A stretch of DNA of 64,000 nucleotides, from positions 434,001 through 498,000 of the forward strand of contig NMRA01000166.1 of NCBI GenBank assembly GCA_002633005.1, in the 5' to 3' direction. Both the position numbers and the translations under genes were made by a program. The DNA comes from Phoronis australis. Taxonomy: Eukaryota > Animalia > Phoronida. Position 1 is the stretch's first letter. The number at the start of each line of letters is the position of its first letter. The notes under the pieces are model-generated. The model ran no database searches, had not been told where the DNA came from, and saw only the letters and a program-made list of their open reading frames with translations. Of the stretch, positions 48,519 to 61,932 are shown piece by piece.

Positions 48519-49942
48519 TTAACCGAACATATTAACCAGAAAATTGTTAACACTGTTGATGTGGCATTCATTTTGAACAGTTGTTCACCTCTGCAGTCAT
48601 GTAGTCGTTGTGTAACAATACACTGCATATTCTTCAAGACTTTTGAAATAAGATATGATTAAGCAATAAGGCCCAAATTATAAACAATCACTATGCGTCA
48701 ATAAAAGTATTTATGCATGAATTACGTGCTGCTAAAATACTCCTCAGTGTCAGACCCTGGAGTTTGGTGATTCTTACCTGAGCTCACACAGGCGAAGTTG
48801 AACCTTGATTTTACGCCTTTGGTCATTTTCCAGACCTCCGTCGGATTTCCCCTCCTATGTGCAGTGGATGTAACCAGTGTCTTTGGCAACGCCAATATAT
48901 GTCGAGGGTTCTATAGATGCAAGTGAATCTACCACGGTGGATTATCTAGCTCCTGTTGCACCTCTCCGAGGCAGAGAGACTACTCAGGAGGACACGTTCC
49001 ACCTCCTTCGCATCACCTCCTCTCACTTTTGAGGTTCTCAAATGTCTCGCTAAGTTCCTTGTGCATTTCCCAGGAGTTTTCAAAGTTACTTATCTCGGCA
49101 ATTTGTAAAAATACCACATTTGATGCGATTGGCAGTGCCAGATTCGCAAACCTGCACTTCAGATCAGCCATCATTCAACTAACGCACGTTATATGCTTTA
49201 GTTTGGTATTCAATGAGTTAGATGAACAAATCTAGTAAAATTTTATATATTAGTGGGAACTGGTTGTGTCCTTGAAATTAGTTAAAAACACCATAGTATA
49301 AGCGGAGCGATTATGCGTTGTTTCAACACCAGTCTTGGTGATTTAGACCATATAAGATCAATTAAATGATAATTTTTGACCAGCATGTGCTATTATCCAA
49401 TGATGATGCTGTTTGTTAATTGTACTTAAGTAAATATTTGGTATCAATGACAGTCATATGTTTTTCGATGTTCTGAAAAATAACATACCCGAACCTACTC
49501 GCTAGCCATCAAAATGAGTACATCTAAGTGAATAATGTATTCTCTGTTGAAATACTATACTGCTTTGAAAATTCATTTCTTAATAAGTATTCCAAAATCA
49601 GATATCTTATGTTGTATTAAAACAAACATATCCCTGCAAAATCTGTACTTATGTTAAACTTGATATTGGAAGTTTTGTGAATTTGCACTGCTTGCTTACT
49701 AGCTCTTTGTTTAGTGACTCAAAACTTGCACAAAAAAGTAAAGTGCATAGTAGCCAAAGTATCAAGCCTTTACCACTGAATTGCGCATCCGACGTATACC
49801 CAAAATACAGAATTCCCCACTCTAAACCGAGTGGAAATATACCCAACCGAGCCGGTGTAGCATTAAATAATGACCCCGTTAAAAATAACCCCGTCTAGTT
49901 TTTTCACAGGGTGAAACCCGTCCCGTCATTATTTGACGGTTC

Positions 49943-50350
49943 CAGGGGTGGATTCAGAATTTTGATTTAGAGGGAGGGGGCCAAGGCAGAGGATCACATG
50001 TGTGCACCTAGCCTAAAATATAGAGGGGGGCTCGAATTTTGCAGTCATATGGACCTGTTACTGGATCAAGACGACGTGTACTAAAAATGGGGTACTATGA
50101 TCAACCCGTGCATTGTGCATTCGCGACTTTTGTCTCGTTTCCTAGGACTTTTTGTTTCTCTAACAAGGACCTTTTGCCCTCTTGGTCAAATGGGGGGGCT
50201 CATGTAAGCCCCCCAAGCCCCCCCCCCCTCCCCTGGGTGCGCGCATGTATTAGCCAGGATTTTGCCCGTCGGACTTTCTGACCCCCGAACTGCCAAATGG
50301 ATTCTTTGAGAATTTTAGAGGGTCTTGGTCCCCCTCTAAATCTGCCACTG
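49943..50350. mobile_element. CAG...CTG MITE with 5-bp TSD, carrying a nested CATG-type MITE (49997-50247)
   Basis: Ends CAGGGGTGGATTCAGA and (rc) CAGTGGCAGATTTAGA; GGTTC duplicated (49938-49942, 50351-50355). Confidence 0.8.
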
Positions 50351-51859
50351 GGTTCCTCTGCAACAGGGATTGGGATAAGCAGACACGATACCCGCAATTG
50401 GCAAACTTTCAACATTGTTCGATACGCGGATGTTTAGATATGGGGTCACTTGAGTAACGCGCGGCAAGGGAAATCTTGCTTTTTCAATATATGCCGCAAT
50501 ATAGGGAGTGAAAGTACTGAACGACGTGCAGACCAGGAATATGATGTGGTGATTTGGGGAAGCTGGGCTGAAGCGAAATCGATCACAATTTTTCGAACAG
50601 TCCTTCGTTCAGTTCTTCTGGCCATTTTTAAACTGCTTGTGCCAATATATAATATCTGACTACTGAACTGCATGAAGACTAATCCAAAGTACTTGGCCAC
50701 AAGTTAAGAATCTTCCTATCGCAGCCAAGTTTTCTTACTATAAAAGTCAAATTTGGAACCGTGAGAACTGAGGCCAAGCGTGCGTGGGAGAAGAATTTAT
50801 TTCAAATTTCTCGGCGGCTGAGGGACGCGCAGTACGTAAAACAGTCAAGGGCGAGGGTGGATAGGAACGGTTCGAAATAATGTGTGAGAGCATGGCTGAT
50901 CTCTTTGTGAGTTCATAATTAAACGGTGTGGGGATACTACAAAACGCCTACAAGTGCCTAGTGTTTGATCGTGGGTGACTTCAGATCCGTGAGAAATGAA
51001 TACCGGCGTGCATGGGAGAAGAATATTTGTCCGTTGGCAATCCCGAGCAATGCACAGGAGAGGAACTGAGTCTGTTTAGTCTAACTTGTTAGGTTGTATA
51101 GCACAAGTTGGGCGTATGACCGCTGTAGCCAATACATGTATCTTACACCGACGACTGATTAAGTCCATTCTGGCAATTAGGGTTTGAGAGTGAGCTCTCT
51201 CTTGTTCAATAGTTGCTCTAAGCTCTAATAAGATCATATCTTATTGACTCACTGGGGTGTGGTGTTAAAAATAAGTTAAGTTATAAAATGTTTGAACATA
51301 AACGAATGACATTTCTGAATTCCCCATCAAATACTGGCAATGCTTAAAGTTTTTGAATCACCAAAATCGCCCGACTATACAACCGAAGGACCAGCACACG
51401 CTCACAACCGCTGTACGTCTGGTCGAACGGGAGAACGCCCTAATGAACTTTAAAAACCTGTCATTTATCTATATGATTCCAATGAGGTCATTTAAATGGT
51501 CCCCCGTTAAATGCGACCTGGGCCGTATTTTAATTTTACGTAGTTACCCGGGGTCATTTTCAATACTGAAAACTAAGGCTTATTGGGGCACAACAAAATA
51601 CGTCCCAAGTGAGCCGCACGTCTCCTGGATATAATGTATTTGCATCTAGTTAAATGATAAATTTGCGCGATCATACTGGTTTCTCTTGAAAAAACGAAGA
51701 AAAAATAAAACGCTCTCAGTGGATTGACAGGAGTGCAGCCGCTCAGGCGACTCTAGAATCTGCAACTGGTTGCGATATTCTAATAGTTTGATATTTTCCC
51801 TATCGACTAATTAACTCTTAAAAACGCATGTAAGTGCTACATCACATGTTTTTGTNACA

Positions 51860-52412
51860 CTTCTCGGGGGGTGGCGACGGGGCACTGTCGGGAATCAACA
51901 GCGACGGTATGGAACCCTTCTTCAGGCGTTGTTTCGCAGGCACCTCATCAATTCAGCGTACATATCTCTGTCGTCATCTGACGGCTGAAAATGCTTGCCA
52001 CTGCTTTGTACGTTGCGTGAACGGGTAGCGCTGCGTTCTTTACTCGAGCGAGCTAGCCAAGTACGGCGAAGTGTATCATCCTTCGGAAAGCGATGCAAGG
52101 TACCCAAAGCGCGTGTGAGACGATAATGAGTACATCCTGGTACGCAGCAACAGTGTGGCATGTTGACTGACTCGTAAACAAAAGCAAAGGACGACCGAAC
52201 TTACCACAACCGAGGTAGAAGAATGACTGACTCGACTGCTCTCGCAGTCAGACTGTATGAAAAGAAATAGGCGCGAAATTCTTGCCTCCCAAAACGTCAC
52301 TTCCGGAGTAGAGGACGAGAAATTAATTTTATTACGAAAAGGTGTAATTAAGTGAAAAATATGTCTGGGATAATCAACAGACCTTGTTTTTGCTAAAAGG
52401 TTGCCTTCGCCT
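51860..52412 (-). mobile_element. Kolobok-like family A copy with a near-complete but frameshifted THAP domain; left end not resolved
   Basis: Right TIR ...GGTTGCCTTCGCCT followed by TTAA (52413-52416); MPHCCCVPGCT...HRFPKDDTLRRTW...KHFQPSD...ELM, then shifted RLKKGSIPSL. Confidence 0.85.
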
Positions 52413-55400
52413 TTAATATAACTCTGTGTTACTCGTAATATTCCGGCGATTACTGTAAAAAAGGTTGTCAGAATTCTGACACATTTCATTTCCCATAACC
52501 AAGCCTCAAATGGATAAACCAAACAGGGCCATCGTGAGGTTTCTGGACGAGGCTGAATTTCCTTGGGAAATTTTTTCACACCGGCGTTTCTGATTGACTG
52601 GTCAAATTGTCAACAGATAGCGCTTTATAACGTAAACAAACCTGGATGACGGATGGACGACGTGGAAATGTGAATATAGATTGTGGAGTGTTCTACTAAC
52701 AATTCGGTGATTAATTAGGATATGTTCAAGGAGTTTGAATCGGAAAGTTGTGGTTGTACCTTTTCGGTGTGCTTTTTTCTACTGTCGCTGACTTTCGTTT
52801 ACGTTTCTGCTAAAGATGTCAAGCTTATAAACTACTCAAGTCGTAGATAACTACACTCGGTCTTTCTGACTTTATAGACATTATAGAGAGAAAAATTGGT
52901 TCCCAAAGATGTTGACAAGGATAAAAATCGTTCACAGTCCGACATTTTCTTTCTTTGTTGTAAAGCTAATTAACCAGTGATAAAACGCGTGCTGTAGAAT
53001 GACTGTGTGTGGCCTTCCCCCTAGCGGGTACGCAGGGGACCAGCGAGCTCGCACCATGGCCAGTGAACGCTTCCATTAAAAACTACAAAATACATTAGGG
53101 GGAACTCAACAGCTTGTCTTCATTTTTGCCTTGCAGGCAGGGTGAACTGAAGGAAAGTAGGCTAGTTTACTTCTTTTCTACACCAATATGAATGTAGATA
53201 CTCACCATACATAACGCTTGCCTAAAATCTAAAATAGTTGCATTCAATTTTTTTTTTCTTTAATACCCACAACAAACCTAGCCGACTATGCAAAAAACGG
53301 GCAAAATACGCAAAATTGGCGGTTTTCAACCCAAAATCACAACTCGCTTGCAACTACTTGGGACCAGAAAACAAAGCACTCAAAATGCCAAAACAATACA
53401 GATTCCAAAAATTGTGAAGACAACTGGGTTTTGACTTATCGTTTTTGCGAGTGGTCCCTGAATTTCCAGCCAAAACTTGCTTTGTCGACAGGAAGTGGTA
53501 GGGTGTTTACGAACAGCCACGGTACCAAGAAAATTAGGTCAAAGGGGCAACAAACTAGATTTTTTTCTAAAACTGGTTCGAAAAATAAGCAAATGACATT
53601 TGTAGTCTCCAGACGAAAAGTGAATCTCAAAACCTCCAGCAAATCCAGCAGGTGCCAATTTCTTATGAAATTCTACTCTGACTGGAAAAATATTGAGTGC
53701 CACCTTAGGTTAAAATCATACCGGATCTAAAAATTTACCCTTTCTCGAGAAATGTCGTCCAAGCATGAGTGTCTTCACTGTTTTAGCCCCCCCCCCCCAT
53801 AAGCAAAGTCTGCACTGCACATCTAATGCGAAGAGGTGCGAAAATTGATGACGACCAGGGCCGGTTGGTGGCAATATGGAACAACATAATTTTGGGACCA
53901 CGGTGGCAAAAATTTGGTAAAATCGAATTAATCGTGCCCCAGGCCAACAATGTTTGCATTTCTACGTGGCTGCTAACGCGACAGGAGGTACAGCCTTGGT
54001 GTCGGTGGAGCTGGATAAAACGATGTCAGGAGGGCAATGAGATCGTGATGGAGGTATAAAACGGGTGTCGACTGGGTCACTGTGGATACTGAAAACTGTG
54101 TCGACACCAAGGTGAAACTGCATGGCAGCGAAGGCGAAATCGGAGTTGACCGCGAGGTGGAGGGGCGTTCACATTTGTCCCCCTCACCACCAAAGCAAAT
54201 CTTTCTACGCCTATGCTATATAGCTCGAACAATATCCCTTCGACATAAACACGTTCGACTCACTATTGGTAATCTAATACAACTCATATCTATTGTCCGT
54301 AGCAACGCTGCAGTTGCGTATCAGAAAAGCTGTGTAATTTAACAAGGATGTTTCAGAAAAACACAATAGATACCAGTATGTAAATTCGAATCACGCAAGT
54401 GCAATACGCTTCAGGCACAAATTGACTCAACTTACTGGTTTAACCGCACGTCTGGTGTGTGCTCAAATAACCCAAAGGCCAAGCTGCAAATATAAGCTTT
54501 TGAAAGAAAATTCTGAAATAACTTCGGAGGTGTGTGGCGGCTAGATAAACCTTTTCCAGGGGCGATAAGACGAGGAGCGAATGTTAGTTTGGGGAGAGGA
54601 GTTACCAAACGTAATTTGTGTATATTATCTAATATGCCAACCCTGAAACCCTTACTACGCCTGTTCAGAATGGTGGTGGAAGTGTACACAAGGGGATTTT
54701 TGAAATGTTCTTTTTCAAAACTTCTTGGTCAATTTGGTATGTTCTCCTTAGTGCAAAAATACTGCGAACCTTCTGAGTGGTTTTCCATCAACATGAAATT
54801 ACTAAAAATTGATAGCAGTTCTTAAGCCAAAACGATAACGCACTGAGCAAGTTCCGGAAAAGGTCAGCCGATCTCAGTGATGCTGTGTTATCTCGTTTTT
54901 TTACCTCACAAGGCATGAGTAGTGATATTAGAAACAGGTAACAAAACCAATACAACAGCTATTGAACAGGTCAGACGCACGACTTGCACTTGCTCGCAGC
55001 GCCACGCTTCCTGTAGGAAAGTGACACTGTTGGCGCCAATGTTTTGTATTTGAAATCAGATCCAAGACAAATCGAACCCACGACCCAAACGCTCAGCTAG
55101 TAGCCACGAATTTTGAGTGTTTTTAACTGATGACTTCACAAGCCTCTATTTCAATTAAGTCTCACGAATTTCTGGAAACCAACGACAGGAATAGACAGTT
55201 TCTAATAAAATCACTAGAACATAACATATTTTTGCTGTTTTACACTCTTAGTCTATCCTAGTACCTAAAATTAACCTCAAAAATGTGCTTTCGACCCTAA
55301 ACCGATTCTCTTGCGCTATAGGTTCCTGCCGGTCCATTTTTGAAGGTTAATGTTTTATCATAAAACGTTTTAGTTTGGTTTAATAATATGGCGACATAGC

Positions 55401-56830
55401 ACTTCTATTTATACACGAACTATGGATCAAAAGAAGTTCATTGTAAAGATTTATTCCAATTGAAATTTTCAAGTGTGTCTCTTTAATTTTGTTGATTGTA
55501 TGAAAATCGACTAACGAGATTCAAACTTCACTTCAAAGTGAGTAAAAATGCCGAATTGTCCAAAAGCATCTTCGAAGAAAGGAACTCCCCTTTAAAGACA
55601 ATTCAGCTACCAATCCTGTGCTTAAATCAAAGTGAAATTTCATGATAACAATATTTTGCATCGTTTTATTGTTTTATTTGGGCGACTGTTCTCGACGGAG
55701 CAGTCATACAAGTATTTGAAAGAGCAACGCGTTCCAATTCTATTGGCGCTCTCTATAGTAATGGCAGCACCGAAGTGACTTCCGATTGGTGGACAGAAAT
55801 TCAGTTGCCGTACATAGTAGCTCACAAATATGAAAGCTGTTGTCAGCCCTTACCATTGTTTGATTAGTTTAAGTTCAACAAATTTATTTTAGCTCTTTAG
55901 AAGCGGCGGGGATCGAAATTCTCCCACTATCAGCAGCACCCACTACCTTTTTCGGGGATACATCTTCACAGTGGGAAATGCATGGAACAACGCGTCCTTG
56001 CTCATCAATTGATATTTCAAAAGGTTCACATTTTTTCGTAAAGCACTGGTTCATCCCACCACACAGCAATGAAAATTTGCCGGCATTATAATAGTAGACG
56101 AGTTATTAAAACGCTGTTTATACCAGTAGGTTGAAACCTTCCTCCGCATTACATGGGATTTGTAGGTGGTGCTGAACGTCTGCCCACCAAACACCTGATC
56201 ACCGTCTGTAGGGTTAGTGAATTTCAATTTAGCGGTGTTATTTTGAAAGTCAGCTACTACACGAAGACAACTGAACCCCAACGTCGCATATAACCGTTAC
56301 AGATTATAGGTAACTGGTCCTAGTCACCAATGCAGATATCTAAATATCTATTAAGGTTTCGTAAATCATACCATAGTATCAGTCAAGTATTTTACTTTGG
56401 CAACAGAAAAAATTCAATTATTCATCCATTGCCCATCGCTGAGCACATGCAATTTTTTTAATTGTATCCAGGCCATCGACCATTGATCAACGATGCGTTT
56501 CATGAAAACCCAAGGATTTGGTCAAATCTTTGTTTTTTTATATTTTTTACTAGTCTGAAAAGACTTAGTAGACTGGATGAAAGCCCCTATCTGGACGTCC
56601 AGTTCTCGAATAAACAATAAGGACATCAATGTTTCGTTTTGCTGATGATACTGCAACCTCAGATCAGGAAGTGGTTCAATTTTTGGTCTGAGCTGCAACG
56701 AAACGAAAACATAATAGTGTTGACTAATTTAATGTAAGTACACGAACCCCTAAGAAGAGCTCGCTTCAAAATAAATTGCAATCCTGTCATTCATTGATTT
56801 AAAACTACTTTATGAAAAATTGCGTTAATT

Positions 56831-56930
56831 ACTCTGCGCGTGCAAGCGCAGAGTTTTACTGTTCAACGTATTTTATCGTCTTATTCCTATTCTTCTTTTT
56901 ATTCACCTTCTACTTTCTCCCAGATAATCG
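56831..56930. repeat. GC-rich hairpin followed by a low-complexity T/C tract; possible Helentron/HINE-like end
   Basis: ACTCTGCGC-gtgcaa-GCGCAGAGT perfect 9-bp stem preceded by TT and followed by ttat/ttct-rich sequence. Confidence 0.35.
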
Positions 56931-58158
56931 TGCTTTGTGAACGTAAAAAAGCAAGTAGCTGGTGAACGTAATGAAGCGTGTTAGGAATAAGAAAGGTTCG
57001 TTAGCACTGCGCCACTGTAGACCGTGAGCTTGATTGTGTACAATCCTCTGCAAACAGATATACCTTGTTGACTTTTAAGCAGATTACCTAATGAAAAAAA
57101 TGTATCGTGAAACAGGTGAAGAGAACCACATGTTTTAAAACTAACAGGAACTGTAATTTGAATTAGGCTGTTTGGCTTGCTCAACCATTTCTGCCCTCAC
57201 TCAACATTCCTTTTTTGCATAACTAAATGAACAGGTAGTGTGAGATGTCACGCTCCTCAGCACCCCCCACCCCCCCTCCCCCACGTCTTTATGTGAAGTT
57301 GCGCCGAAATTCGATTTTGAGCACAAAGCCAAAGCTTTCATAGTGAATTAGCATATGCATAATATGTGTAATTCGACTTATGTTTAGAAATTGACCAGTC
57401 TATAATTTAAGACAAACTTGCTTAACACCTAAATATTTGAATTTATTTGCGAGTTTGTTTTTGATGATTGCTCGCCCGATTTCATAATAATTGAAAGGAT
57501 TAGTCACAACAAAGCGCAAATATTAGATTATCAAAACTTAAGATTAAAAAAAAATATTTGAATCGCCGTGCTCGATCAGATCTCTCCCAGTTGTTTACGG
57601 CAGTTATAAATTGAGGGCTTATGACATGAACCAGAGTTCATATTTCGATTAATTGCGGCGAATCTCCGATGTTTCATCAAAGATGAGGCATAACCAATTG
57701 ACACGTGCCGATTTTCAAAATTGCAATAGGGCCCTTATCGATTATTCGTCGTCCTCATACTCAGAAAGTCTGATAGACAGCCATTAACTGTCGTGTAATT
57801 AGCCATTGAAAACCCAATGTGGTGGCGAAAGCTTGATGAAAATCCTTGGTGAAAACATAAACAGCGTGTGTACTAGGCAGAAACATTTACATCTACTTGA
57901 AATACGACGTGCAAGGCAATTACCCTCGCCAACGTCTGTTACTGGAGCTTAATAGTATGTGTGTAAAAAGCCTAGTCGAAGGTCTCTTGGCACTATTGCC
58001 TGTTTTTTATTTTTGTCTTTCATTTTGATTGATGGTTCACAACCAAATCAGTTAGTTTTGTTGTTTGTTTTCGAAGTAATTGGGTTGGGACGCCTGTAAC
58101 TACTCCATTTGTATGCAAAAATATATGCCCGCTGGACAACGTCATCGTCGTCACGGCN

Positions 58159-58275
58159 CACTTGCTACTATAAAATTGGTCTCAACATGTTGATTTGGAC
58201 CACTTGCTACTATAAAATTGGTCTCAACATGTTGATTTGGACCACTTGCTACTATAAAATTGGTCTCAACATGTT
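58159..58275. repeat. Perfect tandem repeat, 2.8 x 42 bp
   Basis: cacttgctactataaaattggtctcaacatgttgatttggac; starts immediately after a single N. Confidence 0.9.
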
Positions 58276-59371
58276 CCTACTCAAATGAGATATGGTTCGG
58301 AGGTTTGCAAAGAACTGCCTGTTCGTCATTCCTTCTGTCCATGTTTGAAATGACGTACACTAACAAAGCAACTTGTCCTGTGTAGCCCCTGAATTTACCT
58401 CTACTTTAACTGAGGAAGAATTTGAGACAAATTTATGACGGAAACAGCTTAAACTACAAGTTTCTGTGACGGAACTAAGACGAGTATAGAGACGCTTTTT
58501 AAAAGTATTTACAGACGTAGTCGTTCTCGCCAGAGTAAGTTGCGATATTCAGTGAACTAATAATATACAATTATTATGTTTTTCACCGTTTCGAAATCTC
58601 TGCATTTCAAGCACGACAACAAAGATTGTTGAACAGGAAAATGCTTCGACAATTAACTTTTGCGAAATACCGCCAAACAACTGAAGTTTGTTAAAGGGGT
58701 TTCGAGATGGCTCACCAAAAAGCCGTAAAGCTGTGGTTGTTTTATATTATTGACTAAAAACAGTTTATTTTTAATCTTGTGAGTTGATTTTTGTTATACA
58801 TGGCGTTATCAAAATAATATTGTGCAACATGAATTTCAAAATGACGTCACACTAAGCAATATGTACACTCATGTGCAGATACTTCAGTGTAGGTGTGACT
58901 TAATTCAAGGAGCAACTTTGAATTTGTTGAACGATCAAACTTCAGGTCTGAGACCTTTCACACCAAAAAAATATAGTTCGTGATTCCAGCATAATAATCA
59001 TTTAATATGAAATACAGCGAGTAATCGTGATTTTTGAAACTAACGCACCTTTGAGAATTTCATAGAAAATATGACGAACGTCAACATAAAACAGTAAAAG
59101 AAAAAATCTAACGACGTATCTCGATCAAAATTTAATTAGATTCGGCGTTTCAGTAAGCCATGTAAATTTTACACTTTTGACAGAAGTGCTCTGTTAAGGC
59201 GGTTATAAAGGAATGGCAACCACCACATTTTTGCAGATTTGTAACAGGCAGAGACCAAAGCATGAAATCAAAGATGAATTAAAACTGTATCGAGTTCCCT
59301 TTAACACAGCACTCTCTAACTGATGTGACAATTTGCTCGTGACTGTCGCTGTCTTTATTCGATCATAACAG

Positions 59372-61683
59372 GCACGCACCAATGGTGAAGTATTTCGCGG
59401 TGTAGACATTTTAGTAGAAGAAATGAAGTTGTTTTCCAAGGACAACTTCGCAGCACCAAGCAATGAAGGCTGCCTATCTGAGATGTCTTACGAAATAAAA
59501 GTCAGTTTGTTGTACATCCATAAAGAAGGGCAATACCAAAAGAAACGATTCTTCATTGACACCAGGTAGGCATTTCGATGCTTGAAGTTTACCAAGCTAT
59601 TTTCCAATCACAGTGCAAATAAGTCGTTGACTTTTTCTGTTTTCTGTGATTCCCACTTGTACTCTTGCTCCTTGTCATACGTATGCCCCATTTTAACCGA
59701 CCTTTTAGTATCATTCATCAAGGAGAAGTCTTTGGTACACGCAAAAGGAATTTCCCGTACATTTTGGAGCCGACCGAGTAACAACTACTTGAATTTGTCC
59801 TGGAAAAATCAATTTTTAGAGCGGCAAATCTCGGTCGTGTCGTATAGTCTAAGCAGATTTCGTTCCTACCCACAAAATTTGCTTCGTCTGTATATGTTAT
59901 ATGTAAAACCAAGAAAACTTAAACAGATCTATTTTGCAGCGCAAGACGGTCAATTTTTATTAGCTTAAAGTCAAAAGATGCCTAATGTCGAATTTTTGTA
60001 CATTCACAGAATTAGTACTTTATGAATTCCGTCTTGTATCTTTTCCTAAATTATCAAAAAATCTACGTAATGTTTTCAAGGTTTTACAATATATGCTTGT
60101 AAAAATGACTCGTTATAAACATAATTGATCTTGTTTAATGTCTTGTTAATAAATCGATCTCGCCATTTTTTCCCTGTTCTTGGTTCATCCATAGATATCA
60201 TTTTCAGTGTACTCATAACGTAATTATCAACGCCATTCATTTCTACGTTACAATGCCCAACGTTTCGATTAAAATTTGAATATTTCTTCTAACTGATATT
60301 ATATTTAATATTTATTTATAACATCCAATTCAAATTTTTATTACGTATGTTCTATTGTTTGTTTGTGTTTGTTATTCTGTAGTAATTTCGCCTTTGAAAA
60401 TTATACTTCTCAGTGTTACAGTTAAATGAAGTGATTCGCCTTCATGGTAAATGTATTTGTAATATCTAATTGAAACTCTTAAAAAATGTACCCGACCTCT
60501 AACGAATATAACAAATTTTCATTTTCGTGATGAAATTGATCTAAAAATAATTCTATGTCAACTGCGAGGTAATTTCACGACTGTCAGTTATTCATTGCTT
60601 GAACCAAGCTCTACATATTAGTTTGTCACGGCGTATCATTTTACGCGCCTTGCATAGCATAAAGGAATAAATAACGAACTTACAGCTCTGTGTAATGCCA
60701 TAAAGTATCTCCAATCCATGCCTAAAATATGGGGGGCTCGAATTTTCCGGTACGTGTACCTTTTATTGAACAAAAACGGAGACTAAAAAACGGGGCACTA
60801 CATTCAGACATATGAATTATACAATCGCGCCGACTTCCTGTGGACTTTTGTCTCCTTTTCTCGGACTTTTTGTTTCTCTGAGGCGGACCTTTTTGCCCCC
60901 CCCCCCTCTGGGTACGCGCATGCAATCTGAGTAAGGAGCAATTAGAGACCAATTTTATAGCGTTAAGTGAACTAAATGAACATTTTGCTTCTCGCACGGA
61001 ACGCGGATTTATGGCCACTCTAATAAATTTATTAACTTTTTGGCAATATCTGAAATGCTCGACAAGAGGTGACATTATTTGAAATTGCTTTCGAAATTTT
61101 CATGCAAAAGACCGGCTTCAAACCCTATTGTACTTTCCTACAGATGAAGACGTTGCTAGACGTAACACTAGAACAGCATTCCTGAAGGCTTCCCACTTCT
61201 CCACCAGCCATCAAATGCTTCCTATGGGTGTCATTCTCATTCACATGAAGTATGAAACAAAGAGTAAAGGCTATTATTTCATTCTAGATTACGCGATGAC
61301 AAAGGTAATGAAGACGTCGTACAGCATGCATTGAAAGTATTTTCCGGTCTACCAACCACACATATTTTGCGAGCTGAAGTAACTAACGTCTGTTTTTGTG
61401 ATATCGATGTAAATGCGTTGACTCTAACTCTGGAGGTTACCGTTCTCAAAAACCGTAAAGACTATGTAGTATCAAAGAACGTCACTGCTCTTTCATGGGA
61501 GAAGATTCCTTCGCGTGATAAAGCTCCTGCCTGCAAGCTTAAAAGCTTTCAATCAAACTCCTTAATGGGGTACGGCTTTTTGGATGGGAAGGGACATAAA
61601 AAAATGATCCAAGGGGCTCACGCCGTTACATTGGCATCCAACAACATTAAATCGAGAGGGATGTGCACCACTTTGAAAGCAAG
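59372..61683 (+). pseudogene. Candidate spliced gene or pseudogene; downstream exon weakly resembles a trypsin-like (FAM111/Trypsin_2) peptidase
   Basis: Open, phase-compatible exon candidates 59372-59565 (AG|GTAGGC) and 61288-61683 (ttctag|...AG|GTAAGG, 131 codons); adjacent protein-like frames contain stops or frameshifts. Confidence 0.4.
60717..60922. mobile_element. CATG-type MITE with 5-bp TSD
   Basis: CAATC duplicated (60712-60716, 60923-60927); body similar to 22409-22663 and 49997-50247; left TIR internally deleted. Confidence 0.75.
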
Positions 61684-61824
61684 GTAAGGAAAAGACAACC
61701 TAATAGGTTATAATCTGCATCCGACATATGCAGCACTCTAAATGACATGTTACCAAGATAGCGCTGGCTGCCTGGAATGAAATAATGAAATACCTATCTG
61801 CAACTATGCAAAAACCAGATCAAA

Positions 61825-61900
61825 GCAGCAGCGGTAGCGGCATCAGCAGCAGCAGCAGTAACAGCGGCGGCAGCAGCGGAGGTAACGGCAACAGTAACAG
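61825..61900. repeat. Imperfect (CAG/CGG)n trinucleotide tract
   Basis: Direct inspection. Confidence 0.8.
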
Positions 61901-61932
61901 GCAAACATAACTGTTCTTAAAACTGAAAAGTA

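Larger units (their letters stand above)
46483..49174 (-). pseudogene. Degenerate spliced Cys/His-rich gene, probably the N-terminus of a DNA-transposon protein (exons ~48778-49174 and 46483-46580)
   Basis: MADLKCRF...C.YRTLDIYWRCQRHWLHPLH...FNFACVSSG|ICRSCK joined by canonical GTAAGA donor and ttttcag acceptor; exon 1 has stops and frameshifts; the intron contains a Kolobok-like insertion. Confidence 0.5.

Noticed and set aside
54436-54483. 48-bp minus-strand exon with good splice sites
   Set aside because: No compatible neighbouring exons or recognisable peptide; it could at most be a non-coding 5' UTR exon, which cannot be tested here.
58159-58275. 42-bp perfect repeats as a CRISPR or functional array
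   Set aside because: No spacers; begins right at a single-N join, so it may be an assembly overlap artefact or a simple minisatellite.
61825-61900. Poly-Q/S coding exon
   Set aside because: Short frame without a clear acceptor/donor pair; treated as a microsatellite.
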